DNA of 64,000 nucleotides from Macrostomum lignano. Lineage: Eukaryota. Below are positions 12,417-24,990 of the stretch, piece by piece; position 1 is the stretch's first letter; each line of letters opens with the position of its first letter. The notes under the pieces were generated by a model. That model was not told where the DNA came from and ran no database searches. It saw only the letters and a program-made list of their open reading frames with translations. The DNA lies in contig NIVC01000415.1 of NCBI GenBank assembly GCA_002269645.1, positions 434,001 to 498,000 on the forward strand, written 5' to 3'. A program made the translations under genes and the position numbers.

Positions 12417-14088
12417 ACAGAGCAGCTGAAATTCTTCCCAGAAATTATTTCCCACTTTTTTTCAAAGAGAGCCTTCAGCGAATGTATTGGTGCGGCTAAA
12501 TTTGGGCAGTAGTATTCAGGGTTTTTTTCAATATTTTAAATTAGCATACGAGCTAGATAGTACCTAAGCGGTGACATTGATATTAATCGATATTTTCAGA
12601 TATGTATAGCTATTGTTAAAGAATTGTCTTAGTGCGAGTGGCACGTAAGTGAAACTAAAATGTGTAAGAAAGCGACAATGTGAACGAGATGGCGACACCA
12701 TGTGGTTGACATGGCGACATATTGTGAATGAGACAATGTGAATGAGATGGCGACATAATGTGAATGAGATGGCGACACCATGTGAATAAGAATAAGATGG
12801 CGACACCATGTGAATAAGAATAAGATGGCGACATAATGTGAATCAGACATAATGTGAATGAGATGGCGACATCATGTGATTGTGAATGAGGTGGCGACAC
12901 CATATGAATGAGATGGCGACACCATGTGATTGTGAATGAGGTGGTGACACCATGTGATTGTGAATGAGGTGGTGACACCATGTGATTGTGAATGAGGTGG
13001 CGACACCATGTGAATGAGGTGGCGACACCATATGAATGAGATGGCGACACCATGTGATTGTGAATGAGGTGGTGACACCATGTGATTGTGAATGAGGTGG
13101 TGACACCATGTGATTGTGAATGAGGTGGCGACACCATGTGAATGAGGTGGCGACACCATGTGAATGAGATGGCGACACCATGTGAATGAGATGGCGACAC
13201 CATGTGATTGTGAATGAGGTGGTGACACCATGTGATTGTGAATGAGATGGCGACACCATGTGAATGAGATGGCGACACCATGTGAATGAGGTGGCGACAC
13301 CATGTGAATGAGATGGCGACACCATGTGAATGAGATGGCAAAACCATGTGAATGAGGTGGCGACACCATGTGAATGAGATGGCGACACCATGTGAATGAG
13401 ATGGCAAAACCATGTGAATGAGGTGGGGACAAAGTTTTCTCAATGTAAAAATGAATGGGTGCTGGTGACATCTGAAAACTTGTAAACTCATTAGCATTTG
13501 GCATTTGTCTAATCTACACAAGCATGCATACTACTAAATAGTAGCGTTGCCACACAGAAATTATGCACGAAAAAGAAATAAAATAGATATTTTAGTCCAT
13601 AAAGATTGGATGCATTTTATTAAATCTGAGTGAATTGTGTAGCAAAAGTTGTCTGGCAAATGTGAAACATTGAAAAATCATGTAAATTTGAATAATTGAT
13701 TTCCAAAAACAATATTTTACAAGCTTACTAACAGGTCATGCTTTTTGAATTCAAGATTTTTTATTTCGCAGTGATTTAAACTAAGTTTTAGGTAGACATA
13801 AAACAATCAAAATTAAACAAAATGATTACATAGCTGAAATTAATTCAGGCATACAAGTTGCTATGAAAATAATATTACCTTATGTAGAGAAACTGTAATA
13901 TATAAATTTAGAAAAATGTTAGTTTTTATAGGTTTTGCATTGATTTACCAAAGAAAATAAGCTTACATTTACATAAAAAAATATAAACTCACATTGAAAC
14001 CTATAGATTCCCCTGTTTGGTTGAACTCCAAATCCAAAAGAGACTGGCTCACAGCATCCAATTTTGGTGTTGATGCAGTTGCAGGTTC
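12417..14088 (-). CDS. Two candidate small upstream exons of the LIM/disordered-ORF locus (14088-13993; 12495-12417)
   Basis: 14088-13993: acceptor TTTAACCAG, donor GTGAGT, 96 nt, open in two frames. 12495-12417: acceptor AATTTAG, donor GTAAGT, encodes APIHSLKALFEKKWEIISGKNFSCS and its phase-2 end matches the start of the 8335 exon. Confidence 0.4.
12678..13430. repeat. 22-bp minisatellite (ATGTGAATGAGATGGCGACACC), copy 2
   Basis: Tandem units; explains the MVSPSHSHG ORFs. Confidence 0.95.
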
Positions 14089-16714
14089 CTGGTTAAATGA
14101 GATTGTATTTAAGCTAATACATTAAATTGATACATAAGTTTAACTTCGATGTGGAAATATTTATAAGATATTAAATTAATATATATTAGTATATTACAAT
14201 GTTGTAAGTTCAACTAACCAAAGAAATTTGCTACTTACTTGTGATGATTGGGATTCACAATGAACCAAATTAATGTCAGAATTCAATGGATTTTCATCTC
14301 CTATGCCAGCCATTACATTGGGATACTTTGTTTAAAAGTTCAAATAAAGTCAGCATGAAAAACAAAAATATTAACACATTTTATAGTAAGCTAAACAGTA
14401 GCAAATATTTAATAAGCATTATAAAAAGCCACAATAAAGAAATGAGAGAGGTCAAAATAAATGGAGAAAAATTATTCATTTTGATATAGACTTGTTTAAG
14501 TAATGGTTAATAATATTAAGCAATATTTGTAAATTTGGTGCATCAAGATTCAATTCATACTATTCAATCAAATTCAAACATAAGATGTCTATATATAGTG
14601 ACCATGCTCAAAAAAGTTGCCAATAAAACTAAAGTAGGTCTATATGTTGTTGTTAAACGAGGGTGGGAAGCCAGGGGCTACCCATGGATCAGCCCAAAAG
14701 GGGGCTCTGCTGCTAAGGGCACTGCCAAGGGCCAAAGCCTGAGATACCCACATGCTTGGGCCTGATGTCTAGGCCAGGGGAAATTTTGGTGCTACTAGCC
14801 CAAACCTACGGTACAAGACACCACCAACCCAAAGAGTGGAATCAGGGACGGTGCTAGGACCAAGTCCACCCAGGCCACCACCAGCAGACAAGTCCTTGGG
14901 AGTGTGCAGAAAAAATTGGAATTAGCAAAAAAGCTTGGGTTACTACTGAAAGTGGTTTGAGAGTGGGGAAACCCCGAAGTCTATGCCTATGGAAATGGCT
15001 TTAATTATTAGAGCAAGTCTGGAAGGCTTGTTTCTAAGGGCAAGACTCCAGGCAGGAAGACTATCTACTGGCTACAAACCCAAGGGTATTGCCTATCTAG
15101 CTCAATATTGGAGGCCAGGCCAAGGGGTTGGGAAGGGCACAAGGAGCAAGAGGACCCGGACTCAGCCAGTATCCCTGATTCGGGACAAACATCCAACCTA
15201 ACACCAATCCACTATCAGGATCAGAGCCAGAGACACTTAGGCAGGGAGACAACCAGAGGAGCCAGCAGATGGACCAAGGACAGCGCAGGATGGACCGGGC
15301 AGGGAGGGCAGAGCTCAGAACTCCGAAGATTAGAGGCATCTAATGGCCAGATAAAAACAGGGGGATAAAACTGCGCTGGGATACCAGCCTAGAAAAAAAG
15401 AATGGCAGAAAGGAGGAGCACCTGAACCCAACCTAGCAGGCTATCTGCTTCCCGGGGCACAGTGTCAGGGCTGGAATCAACTAGGCTCTACTATACACCT
15501 TTGTGAATGGTCATTCTTTCTTGCAGGGTAGGTACGACCAGGGGGCTCAAGTCCCATTCTAGCCACACTGCAGTCCAGAGTATGCACTCACTCTAGGTAC
15601 ACCCCCCTAAACCAAGGCCGAGGGCCGAAATAATTGGAACAAAAAGTAGGGTTATTTTTAGAATGGGCACAGCCCCTCTGGGGTGGACTCTTAGAAAAAT
15701 TGGGCTGGCCAAAGCCAGGCCAATAGGATTGTGCACAACCCTAAGACAAGCTACCAGAGAGGCAGCCAGGGTAAAAACAGTCAGAGACCATATTTAGTAG
15801 GTCTATATAGATATAAGCAAAACATTTGTGAAATTGCATTGCAACAGATAGGCCAAGGGGGTCATTATACAAACCCTAATTTTCATTGCATTGAAAGCAG
15901 AACCTTTTATAAAACCTACATTTTGTAAACAATAAACTTCACAAAATCAAAAAGCAATGCAGCAGATTTCATAACACCTAAATTTCACAAGCCCTGAGGC
16001 TAAATTTAATAACACCTAAAATAAAAGCTCTGTGGAAATAGGCCTACAATCTTTCTCAAGCCCTAAATTTCACAATGCCTTGAAAGGCATGTACAAAATT
16101 TCACAAATGCTAAATTTCACAAACCCTAAAGGCTAAATAACATAATAGCTAAAATGGATTTTGCTTCTGATTTAACAACAACTAAATTTTATAACACCTA
16201 TGGCTAAAAGCATTATGGAGATACAATCTTCTCAAGCAAAAATTTCAAAGCAAAATTTTCAGAAAATTTCAAGCAAAAATTTCACATTCAATAAAGGCAT
16301 ATAGCATCTGTTGAAGTTCAGGTAGGCTAGGCCTAAAATTATTCCTGATCTTTGGGACCACCTAGTCGCAAATTCTAGAACCTAATAGTCTAATTACCCC
16401 TAAAATATTATTCACCAATAGTTCAAAAAATCCACCTAGGAATCTATCATCTGTGTTTACTTCAAAACAGTTAATGTAATTTATTTTCAACAAATAAATA
16501 TTTTTAGGGGCGAATAGAACTAAAACTGTTTTATAGCACTGTATTAGGCATTCGATTCAGGCCTAGCCTGGCCTACTAACACTATACTATAGCACAGAAT
16601 CCATTGCACACTAGATTTATCTCTCAAAAAGGACAATCACAAATTTATTTAAGTTTGTCTACCTGACAAGTTTTTCCATTCATTAGATTAGACCTATACA
16701 CTGCTGAAAATGTC

Positions 16715-16905
16715 CAGTGGCGCAACCAGGGGGGGGGGCGGGGGGCGGTCGCCCCCCCCTTAGGCGGGGGACCGAAAAAAAAATCATAGGGGGGACCAAG
16801 CGAATTTTCGCCAAAAACAGAGCCACCCCTCCGCCGCCCCACCCCTCCCGGGACTTTACCCTCAGAATCCGCCCCCCCCTTGAAAAATTTCTGGTTGCGC
16901 TACTG
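16715..16905. mobile_element. hAT-type MITE, 191 bp
   Basis: 15-bp TIRs CAGTGGCGCAACCAG / CTGGTTGCGCTACTG (1 mismatch); perfect 8-bp TSD AAAATGTC at 16707-16714 and 16906-16913; GC-rich non-coding interior. Confidence 0.92.
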
Positions 16906-18786
16906 AAAATGTCACAAAAGATCAACAAAATTAAATTTCTAAAATTATCGAAAAATTGGATGGGGATGTGAAAGTTGAAATTACTGTGAAATTGTTGACT
17001 GCTTAGTTTAAAGAAGATGTAAAGCTATAATTACAAGCGAACTTATTCTTTTAAAAAAAAGCTGGTGCTGAAATTTCGGTTAGAAAAAGTTATTATTTTT
17101 GAAGCTAGAATTTTTAATATGTTTAACTGGTTTGATCTACGATAATTACTCTGTTGGAACTGATTCAAATTACATTTAATTATCGTGATGAGTTTAGGAC
17201 GACTGGAACCGCTACAGAGAATACATAAACGCATCAGTTCGCTGACGCTGTGTGCTTTTTGCTAGTTTCTCAGATGCTTATATTTAAGATTGTGCACTCG
17301 TAATACACATAGAATATGACTGCATCTTTACTCTGTTTATCATAAATACATGCACACTTACATGTAGACTAACGTGTACAAAATGCAAGTGCCGATAACA
17401 TTTATATTTAGACGAATATATTTTAACAAGCATACTAGGTAACTAATTTACACCATTTTCTAACGTTTTATAACGCGAGACGGTTTTTCCCGGAAATTAA
17501 AAGTTAACATCGTTATCTTGAAATTCATCTGTGTTGAGGTGTAGTGTTTCTAGAAATTAAATAATTCATAATTAATGCATCGAATTTTCGCGAAGGTCAC
17601 TACAGAGGCATTCACAGAAAGTGCCTGTTAATACAATACCCACTTAAAAAAGAATATTAAATTATCAGGCGAAGAAATCCACATCAAACCTGCCCTAGCC
17701 TGTTTTGTAGAAGATCCGAACCTCTGCTGTAACAGTTCAATTTGCATGACGCACTTGATGCATCTGTATGCAATTACATGTAGCTAGTTATACTCTTCTT
17801 CATTTGAATAGGAAGGCAGTCGGCTTAATAAAATGAGAAAACCTATCAAACTGACTCGATGCATTGATTCGCATTTATAATTTGATATCTAAGATTTCCA
17901 AATGATCCCTCGGGAGTTGTGTTCAAACATGGCTACTGCAAAGCACTCTCGTCCAAGTGTTGCAAGTGATTTTTAAGCTTATATAACTTCGTCCAAGATA
18001 TTTACGAACTCTTGAACGCATTCGCTTATTCTACATGTGCGCCTTGCTCTGTACTTGAAGTGCGCTTAAAGTGTGATAAATCGTTCAGCCTGCACGATAT
18101 ATAGAATAATTTTACAATACATGCAGATGATTGCATGTATGCTATAAGAAGCATGTTTCTTAGAAAAAGTCTTTAGAAAGTACATCTCACGACTCAAATT
18201 TAATTTGTTGCTAACAAATTTAGAATACTTTTATTAATTTCTTTTAATTTGAATTTTATGAGAGGCTGAATTAGAATTTTTTCTGGTAGTTTGCGTGCCA
18301 AAAGCTAAACACACCCTATATGACTCATCGTTATTGTCACTATACCGGTAGCTCCGATACGCGATTGATATTTTGGCTCAAGAGCCTGATTGACCTCTAC
18401 TAAATTGCTAAGTTTGAAAATCTCTTGTACGCTCAGCAGGCATTGCGTGTCGAGAGCCACTTCACTCTCACAGCACAGTCAAAATTAGCCACGAACAAAA
18501 GAGATAATTGAACAGCAATTTCCAGCGCTAAGCGTTGCCAAAGCAAACTAATCATAGCTAAAAAGCCACTAGCAGTTACAATGGAAAACTAATAGAAGGT
18601 AATAGTCATGCATGCTGATATTAACTTAATTTCTATAATTAACTCTGTCGAAAAACCAAGCAGTTCTTAAATTTTGTTATATTTTTATTCATAAATTTTC
18701 AGCTGTAAAATAAAATTCGCAATCGCACAGAGTTGATAAGGGAGGATTCTGTTTTTCCATTGTTAGCTTTTAATTATTAATCCGCA

Positions 18787-19080
18787 TCACCAAATCCCTG
18801 GCGGCTTCCTGGGCGGCGACCGCTTCCGGCTGACAGAGGAGCGGCAGCTGCAGGCCGTTCGCATCTCGTTCCAGACGCAACCCAACTCAACGCACAACAT
18901 TGACAGTTTGCGTCGTTCCTCGTTGCTAATATTGTCCACAGTCTGGTCGGGATTCGAACCAACGACCTCTTCGTTAAGTTCGATGGGAGTAGCCGCAATC
19001 AGATCGGGCTGAGAACTCATCAGCAGAAAGCTGCAAGATAAAATTAGCAGAGCACAGTTTAAAATGCGTTGAGAACTCAT
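18787..19080 (-). CDS. 97-aa secreted peptide precursor (signal peptide, basic cleavage sites, 4 Cys); family not recognised
   Basis: ATG-initiated GC-rich ORF in AT-rich flanks; hydrophobic ILNCALLILSCSFLLM; RRK and RKR flank LSMLCVELGCVWNEMRTACSCRSSVS; AATAAA on the minus strand at 18684-18689. Confidence 0.7.
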   Translation of the reverse strand: MSSQRILNCALLILSCSFLLMSSQPDLIAATPIELNEEVVGSNPDQTVDNISNEERRKLSMLCVELGCVWNEMRTACSCRSSVSRKRSPPRKPPGIW

Positions 19081-19849
19081 TCTGTAGTTGCTATATTGTT
19101 TTAAATTCCTTGGTTTCTTGTTCGATAGATGCTGCTCAATTCTTCAAAACTAGAGCAGTCTTTGAGTAGGCTGGGGAGTGCTCAAATTTATTAGGCTTCA
19201 GGGTGTGGCCTCAGCTGATCTCTGATTGGTCTATCTTGATCCAACCATTTGTAAGTTTTGGGCCTACTAAATAAGTTCCGTTAGATTTGTTTTTACAAGG
19301 AACTAGAGCATTTTTATATGGTTTCTGGGAAATTAATTTGAAGGCTCATGGAAAATCATTTAAAAAACATTTCTGCTTTTTACCTGTTTCAACAAAACAG
19401 CTAAATAGTTTTAATGAAAGCATTCTGTGTTTAATTGCACTAAATCTACAGTATCTCGCCTTCTTTCAGAATTTCAAATTTCAAACGCATCTTTATCTAG
19501 TCTACAAAGTGTACTTAAGTGAAGTATTTGTCTCTGCCGAAACAATTTTTGTCGAAATCCGTTTAGACGATACAACTATTTTTTGAGTTTCTCTATTCTA
19601 GACTTTTTCTCGTGAAGTGAGTGACCTTTCCACAAACTTCCGTATCGTATGGTTATATATGATTTTTAAAGAAAATGTAAGTTTAAATTTTAAATGTAAG
19701 AGCGCAAACTTTGTCGTAAGCATCAGCAGTTTGAATTTGCGCTCACTGATTCTAGGAAATTCTTCCCGACATTCCGGATTCCAGAAAGTGTGATTAAATT
19801 ATATATACTGGTAAATATAAAGCACCCAAGACCGCTGTCTGCAAAAAAA

Positions 19850-20965
19850 CTTTATTCATTTTTGAAAGCAACTAATCACATAACAAATAAAGTTGGCTCA
19901 CATCACGTCCTAGGAGATCAAGTACCATCACCTCGTGGCCAACCTTCCGGAAGACATCACCTCGGTCCTCTTGACGGCCGAGATCCTAGCCAACTACGCA
20001 TCACTGAAGGCCAGTGTCTGCAGTATGGCGCAGAAGAGCCAGCCAGCAACCAGAGACCTGGGAGGAGATAAATCGTCAATTTTCCTCCAGCGTCTTATGG
20101 CGGAATTCAAACCACCAGCTACCCGACATGATAAAAGCCACTCTAATACTCTTGTCTACCCAGTGAATTCTGCATAGACTTATCGGGTTTCCAGAAACAA
20201 ACGCCTACCCTCAATCGCCTGAATCGCTGACTCAAAATGGAACCCAAGACGGTAGCCTATATTCCAACAAGACTCAGTGACGACTCAATCACCACTTGGA
20301 AGCCCAGCCGTGGCGGTGTGACTCTTTTCTGACCGGATCAATGTCAAGTCAGTTGCCGTGCGGACATCTTTTTGGGCTACAGGCCCACACCTGCCGTCGA
20401 TAGTGACCTTTTCCGAAGTCGTCTCTGGTTACCTTCCCCGCATGCTCTAGAACAAGACGACCCTAGCTCAGTCGCGGTCGAGTTCACCAGTGCGACACAA
20501 CCAGATAACTTCGGGAAACTGGACGGCGCTGCCCAAATCGCAGCGGTGAGCAGTGCCAGAGGCGAAATCGCGGTGGGCAAGCTTTTCTGGTGGTTAGACC
20601 TCAGATTTAGCAATCAACCTCCATCCTTTCTCGTCGACACGGGAGCTGCCGTATTTATCACCCTACCAAAGTACCTTCACAAAGCTCTCCTAACTGGTAG
20701 ACCCCAGAGACGAAGCTGCATACACAGACCCTAATTGCCACCAGCCTGCAGCTCCACACATTCGCAGTCTCTTTAGAGTACCCTGAAAACTGCGACGCGC
20801 GTGTTTAATGGCTCATCAACCACTTCAAGGACATATTTTCCTATTTAGAGGGTGGTCGTCTAACTCCAGCCGAGAAAGTTAAGCACAACAACAGGCATCA
20901 CCTCATCACCAGCCAGCACCTACAAGTCAGCACCGCTGAGTGAGTATGTCTTCATTGGCTTCGTC
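19850..20965 (+). mobile_element. Decayed Ty3/Gypsy element (CsRn1-like), 5' part: gag, aspartic protease, start of pol
   Basis: Frameshifted fragments ANLPEDITSV...YASLK and DLGGDKSSIFLQRL (gag-like), FLVDTGA (protease), HHLIT-like pre-RT segment. Clade assignment from recalled motifs. Confidence 0.65.
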
Positions 20966-20967
20966 AT

Positions 20968-22785
20968 CAGGTTGAAATCGTTGTTGTTATTGCCTCCGAT
21001 TCGAGCACTACCTCAGCGGCTGTCCAAGGTTCACCATCGTGACAGACCACCGCCCGCTGGTACCACTCTTCCAGCCGGGGTCTCGGCCGCCGCCCAGAAT
21101 CGAGCGTATGGCACTGAGAGTGCAGCACCTCAGCTTCAACATCATCTACCAGCCCGGGCCGCAAAACCCAGCCGACGTGCTCAGCAGGCAGCCGCAAATG
21201 CAGACAACCGAAAACCCCGGCGAAGTACTCGACCGGCAGTTCATCAACGCCATCGCCCTCGGATCGACGCCACAAGGTCTCAGCTTCGAGTCAATCAAGC
21301 AGGCGGCCAGGCTCGACGGTGTCACTCAGGCAGCCATCTCGGCACTTCAGACCAACCAGTGGACCAGCAACGACCATGAGCTCCGTGCGCTTGCCTGCAT
21401 CCGGCAAGAACTGTCGGCCCACGACGGCGTTCTGCTTCGCGGTTCTTCGATCATCGTGCCAGCGAATCTTCGGCGAGTAGTACTCCAGCTGGCGCACAAA
21501 GGCCATCAGTGCTGGCGGAAAACTCTAGACCGGCTTCAAACGAAGGTGTGGTGGCCAGGCATGAGGGGCGACTGCCAGGTCTTCGTGCAAAGCTGCCTCG
21601 CCTGCCAAGCAACGTCGCCTAAAACGACCAATCCGCCACCTCTTCAGCCCTCGCAGCTCCCCGACGGAGCCTGGCTCGTCCTCGGCATGGACTTTTACGG
21701 TCCGGTGCAGGACAAAATGCTGCTAGTGACAACAGACCTTTACTCAAAGTTTCCAGAGATCAACATCGTCAGTTCGACCTCCGCAGAGGCTGTGCTGCCA
21801 CACCTGAAAACTCTCTTCAGCAGGTACGGCATCCCACAAGAAATCATAAGCGACAACGGCCCACCCTTCAACTCTGCAGAGTTCCACAACTTTCTCGCTG
21901 AGCACGGCGTCAAGCACCGCCGCATCTGCCCGCTGCACCCGGAGGCCAACGGAGCGACCGAGCGCGTCAACCGATGCGTCAACAAGGTCGTCAGGGCGGC
22001 CATCGCCGAAGGCCGCAGCTGGCGCAGTGCCCTAGACGACTGGCTCCTCGCATACCGCGTCACTCCTCATTCGGCAACCGGATTCGCGCCGGCCGAATTG
22101 CTAATGGGCCGGACCTTCAACGACACCGTCCCGTCGGCGCGCCCCTCGCAGCCCGTGTACCATCATCGCACACAGCTGACCCAGCGACACTCGGCCTACA
22201 CCAGAGCGATGGCCAGGGACTTCAACCGTTCCCGGAGGGCCAAGGCCTGCAGCGTGAGGCCGGTTACTGCGGTGCTACGGAGGCGGAATCAGCGAACAAA
22301 GACTCAGACACCCTTCGAGGTCGAGCCCTGGACCGTCGTGGACAGGCGGGGTGACTCCTACGTGCTACAACAGGGCGACCGCACCTGCACTCGACACCTG
22401 ACGCACATCCGCCCGCTGGTGGCGGCAGAGGGCGCTGCGGCGAACGCGGAACCGACGCCGCCAGAATGCGGCATTGCCCAGCGGCCGCATCCCGCGCGGC
22501 CAAAGACAAGCCAATCAGCTACAAGGACTGATTTGGGGTTGGGGCTGATTAAGGACTGGAACTATTGTACGAGTACTTCGATGACTGTCATTCGAGCTTT
22601 TATCCCCTCTTTGTTTCTTTCTGCTTTGGGAGAAGTGTTATTGCCACCTAGTTGAATTAGCCTAGCAGGGCGGTGCCTGTTGCCAGCGCTCTCTCTCTCT
22701 CGCCCGCTCTGTCCTAATCAATAGCATCAATAGCGTAGCAATGTACATGTTCATGAATGTTCGCATCGTTCACTGTCGCCTAACA
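20968..22785 (+). mobile_element. Younger Ty3/Gypsy fragment (Mag-like): RNase H C-terminus, HHCC zinc finger, integrase, PPT and putative 150-bp 3' LTR
   Basis: Open frame with FTIVTDHRPL, NPADVLSR, HKGHQ...CLAC, GMDFYGP, ISDNGPPF, NGATER (D,D35E integrase). Purine tract GGGAGAAG followed by TGTTA(22636)...TAACA(22785). Confidence 0.9.
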
Positions 22786-22799
22786 AATATATATATATA

Positions 22800-23640
22800 T
22801 ATTGGGCACACGGCCATATGGGGCCTTAAGCCTTTCGTTTCGCGCTCACACTGCCGCCTTCACTATCGCAGTCTTTACAGTTGTGAGTGGCCTACTCCAA
22901 TGCTCTGCGCTTTGGTGTCATCTGTTTATACCGCCGCTTTCTTCGCAGTTCGTCAGAAATCGTGACTTCTCTTCAGAATCTCGTCACTAGGGAGCTACAT
23001 GTACAGTCACCGCGATCCTACAGATGGGATTGGACGCACTGGACAAGAAACAAGTGGACAAGCCTTTTACTGCAACATTCAGATCCAAACTCCTACTCGT
23101 ACGGCCTCGTCAGGGATGCTTCAGCCAGCCAGCGTTGGCGCAGCTCTCCATCAAAATTAGAGTGAAGAGTCGACGCCTAAAGGCTTGTTCAGCAAGAAGC
23201 TATCCGCAGCCCAGCAGAAGTATTCCGTCTTCGACATAGAGCTGCACTTTACGACGTCGGAGCCTTATCGAAGGACGCAAGGTAACGGTTATTTAGTTCA
23301 TTGATTGGTAAAGGTCTTGACGGACCACAAGCCCCTTCGTTCAGGCCTTCCACAGTGGCAGCCAATCTCTCCGAGTATGTCACCGATGACGTCTATATTC
23401 GTGGCTGCGTAAACATCGTTTCCGATGCTCTGTCCAGGTTCTCAAGCCGGATGACTGTCCAGCGCAAACGGTTGCAGCCATATAGAAGAGTCGTCACAGA
23501 AGGCACCGTCGACTTATGAGCCATCGATGCAGAGCAAGAAAAGGACCACCAAGCTAGCGTCCCTCCAGCTAGCGACCTCCAGACAGGCGCGAAGGTCTGA
23601 GTCCGAGTCTACCGAAGGTCCGAGTCGACCGCAAGCGTAA
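22800..23640 (+). mobile_element. Decayed Ty3/Gypsy element (CsRn1-like), 3' part: end of RT and RNase H
   Basis: Fragments IGHTAIWGLKP, GVICLYRRFLR, RDASA, LFSKKLSAAQQKYSVFDIEL, TDHKP, NIVSDALSR in colinear order, with frameshifts. Confidence 0.75.
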
Positions 23641-24362
23641 GCTGTTAGAAGCATCTAGTACTTTATGTAAATGTAATAGGTAGTAAAAATATTCTAAATT
23701 TATTACAAGAAAAAATACTGAAAACTTCCTGTCTCGTAACGTATATTGCAGTGCAACCGTAAGGCGTAGCGTCTTCCTACTTTAGTTGTTCATTTTCACA
23801 TGACTCCATACTCCCCACAAGCCCATAAGCATCTTAAGCTTTTAAAGTATTGTTAAAAACTAAATTATCCCACCCTTCTAGGAGCTACTTCTGGTGATTC
23901 TAGTAGTTTAAACAAGCGGAGCCTCGAACAACGTTATTTTTTCAATCACAGAACTTCATCTTCATCAAATTAAGAGCCGTCAGTCGGTTCACTTCCTCGA
24001 GTTGAATCACTTGTTGTCGATGGAATATCGTCTCGATTTTTTTACCTAAGCCAACCAACCCAACCAACCCGGATGCTTTTAGAACGGTCAATCATCCTTC
24101 TGGTTTGACTGACGCGAGTTTTAAAAAAATCACTGCAGGGAAGCTCACGCCTTCAAGTGGAAGCTTCATATCTTTCTGGCTTCTTAAAACGCGTCGGATT
24201 TTGCTTCATCAAGCGTGCCAATCAGGCAAAACTTAAATCATTTATGTGTGATTGTCTTGTAGATAAACATTTTGGGCTAGCAATAATTCATACGTAGATC
24301 CAATAATGAAGAATTGTCAACCTCTAACTACAGACGATGTAGGTTAGGTTAGCGTTAATGTA

Positions 24363-24978
24363 CCTTTTTGCGATCTAGTTTGCCAAAACTGCAATCAATT
24401 TTGCCCGCGGAAAAATATCACTTATAATTTTGCTGTCTAGTCCAAGTCTGCTCAGTCATGACCAGAGTTTCAGCCACAGACAAGTCTGAAAACTGCAATC
24501 AATTTTGCCAAAACTGCGACCTAGTTTGCCCATAGCAAGCCAAGAAGAATTTTTATTGAGAATCAATTCGGAAGTGTGACGAAATAAACTGTAACAGTGA
24601 ACAATAAACAGCGAGTTTATAATGGCAGACGTAGGCACAAATGCTCTCAATCATAGCATTGTTAAGGGACCTCCGCTTGGCACCTCCGCGAGGCAGAGGC
24701 TCTATACGACCGGTTTCGTTGAATTGTCCAACTATGTAAGTCACGGTTCTTCGTGAGATGCCCAACAGCCTACCGAAATCTTGCCAGTCCTCTCTATCCT
24801 GATATGCTTGAATCAATCGCTGCCGGTCATTCACTGAAATCCTGTTATAAGGTCCACGCTGGGCCATTCTTTGATCTTGCCATGTATGTCCGTGCAGTGT
24901 TTTCTCATGCTATGGGCAAACTAGGTCACAGTTTTGGCAAAATTGATTGCAGTTTTGGCAAACTAGATCGCAAAAAGG
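24363..24978 (-). mobile_element. Internally deleted IS630-Tc1-mariner element 1
   Basis: TA on both flanks; ~70-bp TIRs (CCTTTTTGCGATCTAG...CCCATAGCA); ATG ORF 24867-24553 encodes a paired-like HTH N-terminus (...LLGISRRTVTYIVGQFNETGRIEPLPRGG); no DDE domain. Confidence 0.88.
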
Positions 24979-24990
24979 TATATTAATATA

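Noticed and set aside
8672-13521. His/Cys-rich (MVSPSHSHG) and AVAKP/VPLLSQ ORFs that look like metal-binding proteins
   Set aside because: Products of 21- and 22-bp arrays, open in several frames with no splice-consistent entry or exit.
18760-18789. UGA readthrough or selenocysteine in the peptide gene (W-UGA-CGLIIKS)
   Set aside because: No SECIS-like hairpin visible downstream and no redox motif.
22480-22655. C-terminal extension of the 538-aa Gypsy ORF
   Set aside because: Runs through the PPT into the LTR; probably read-through past the natural end.
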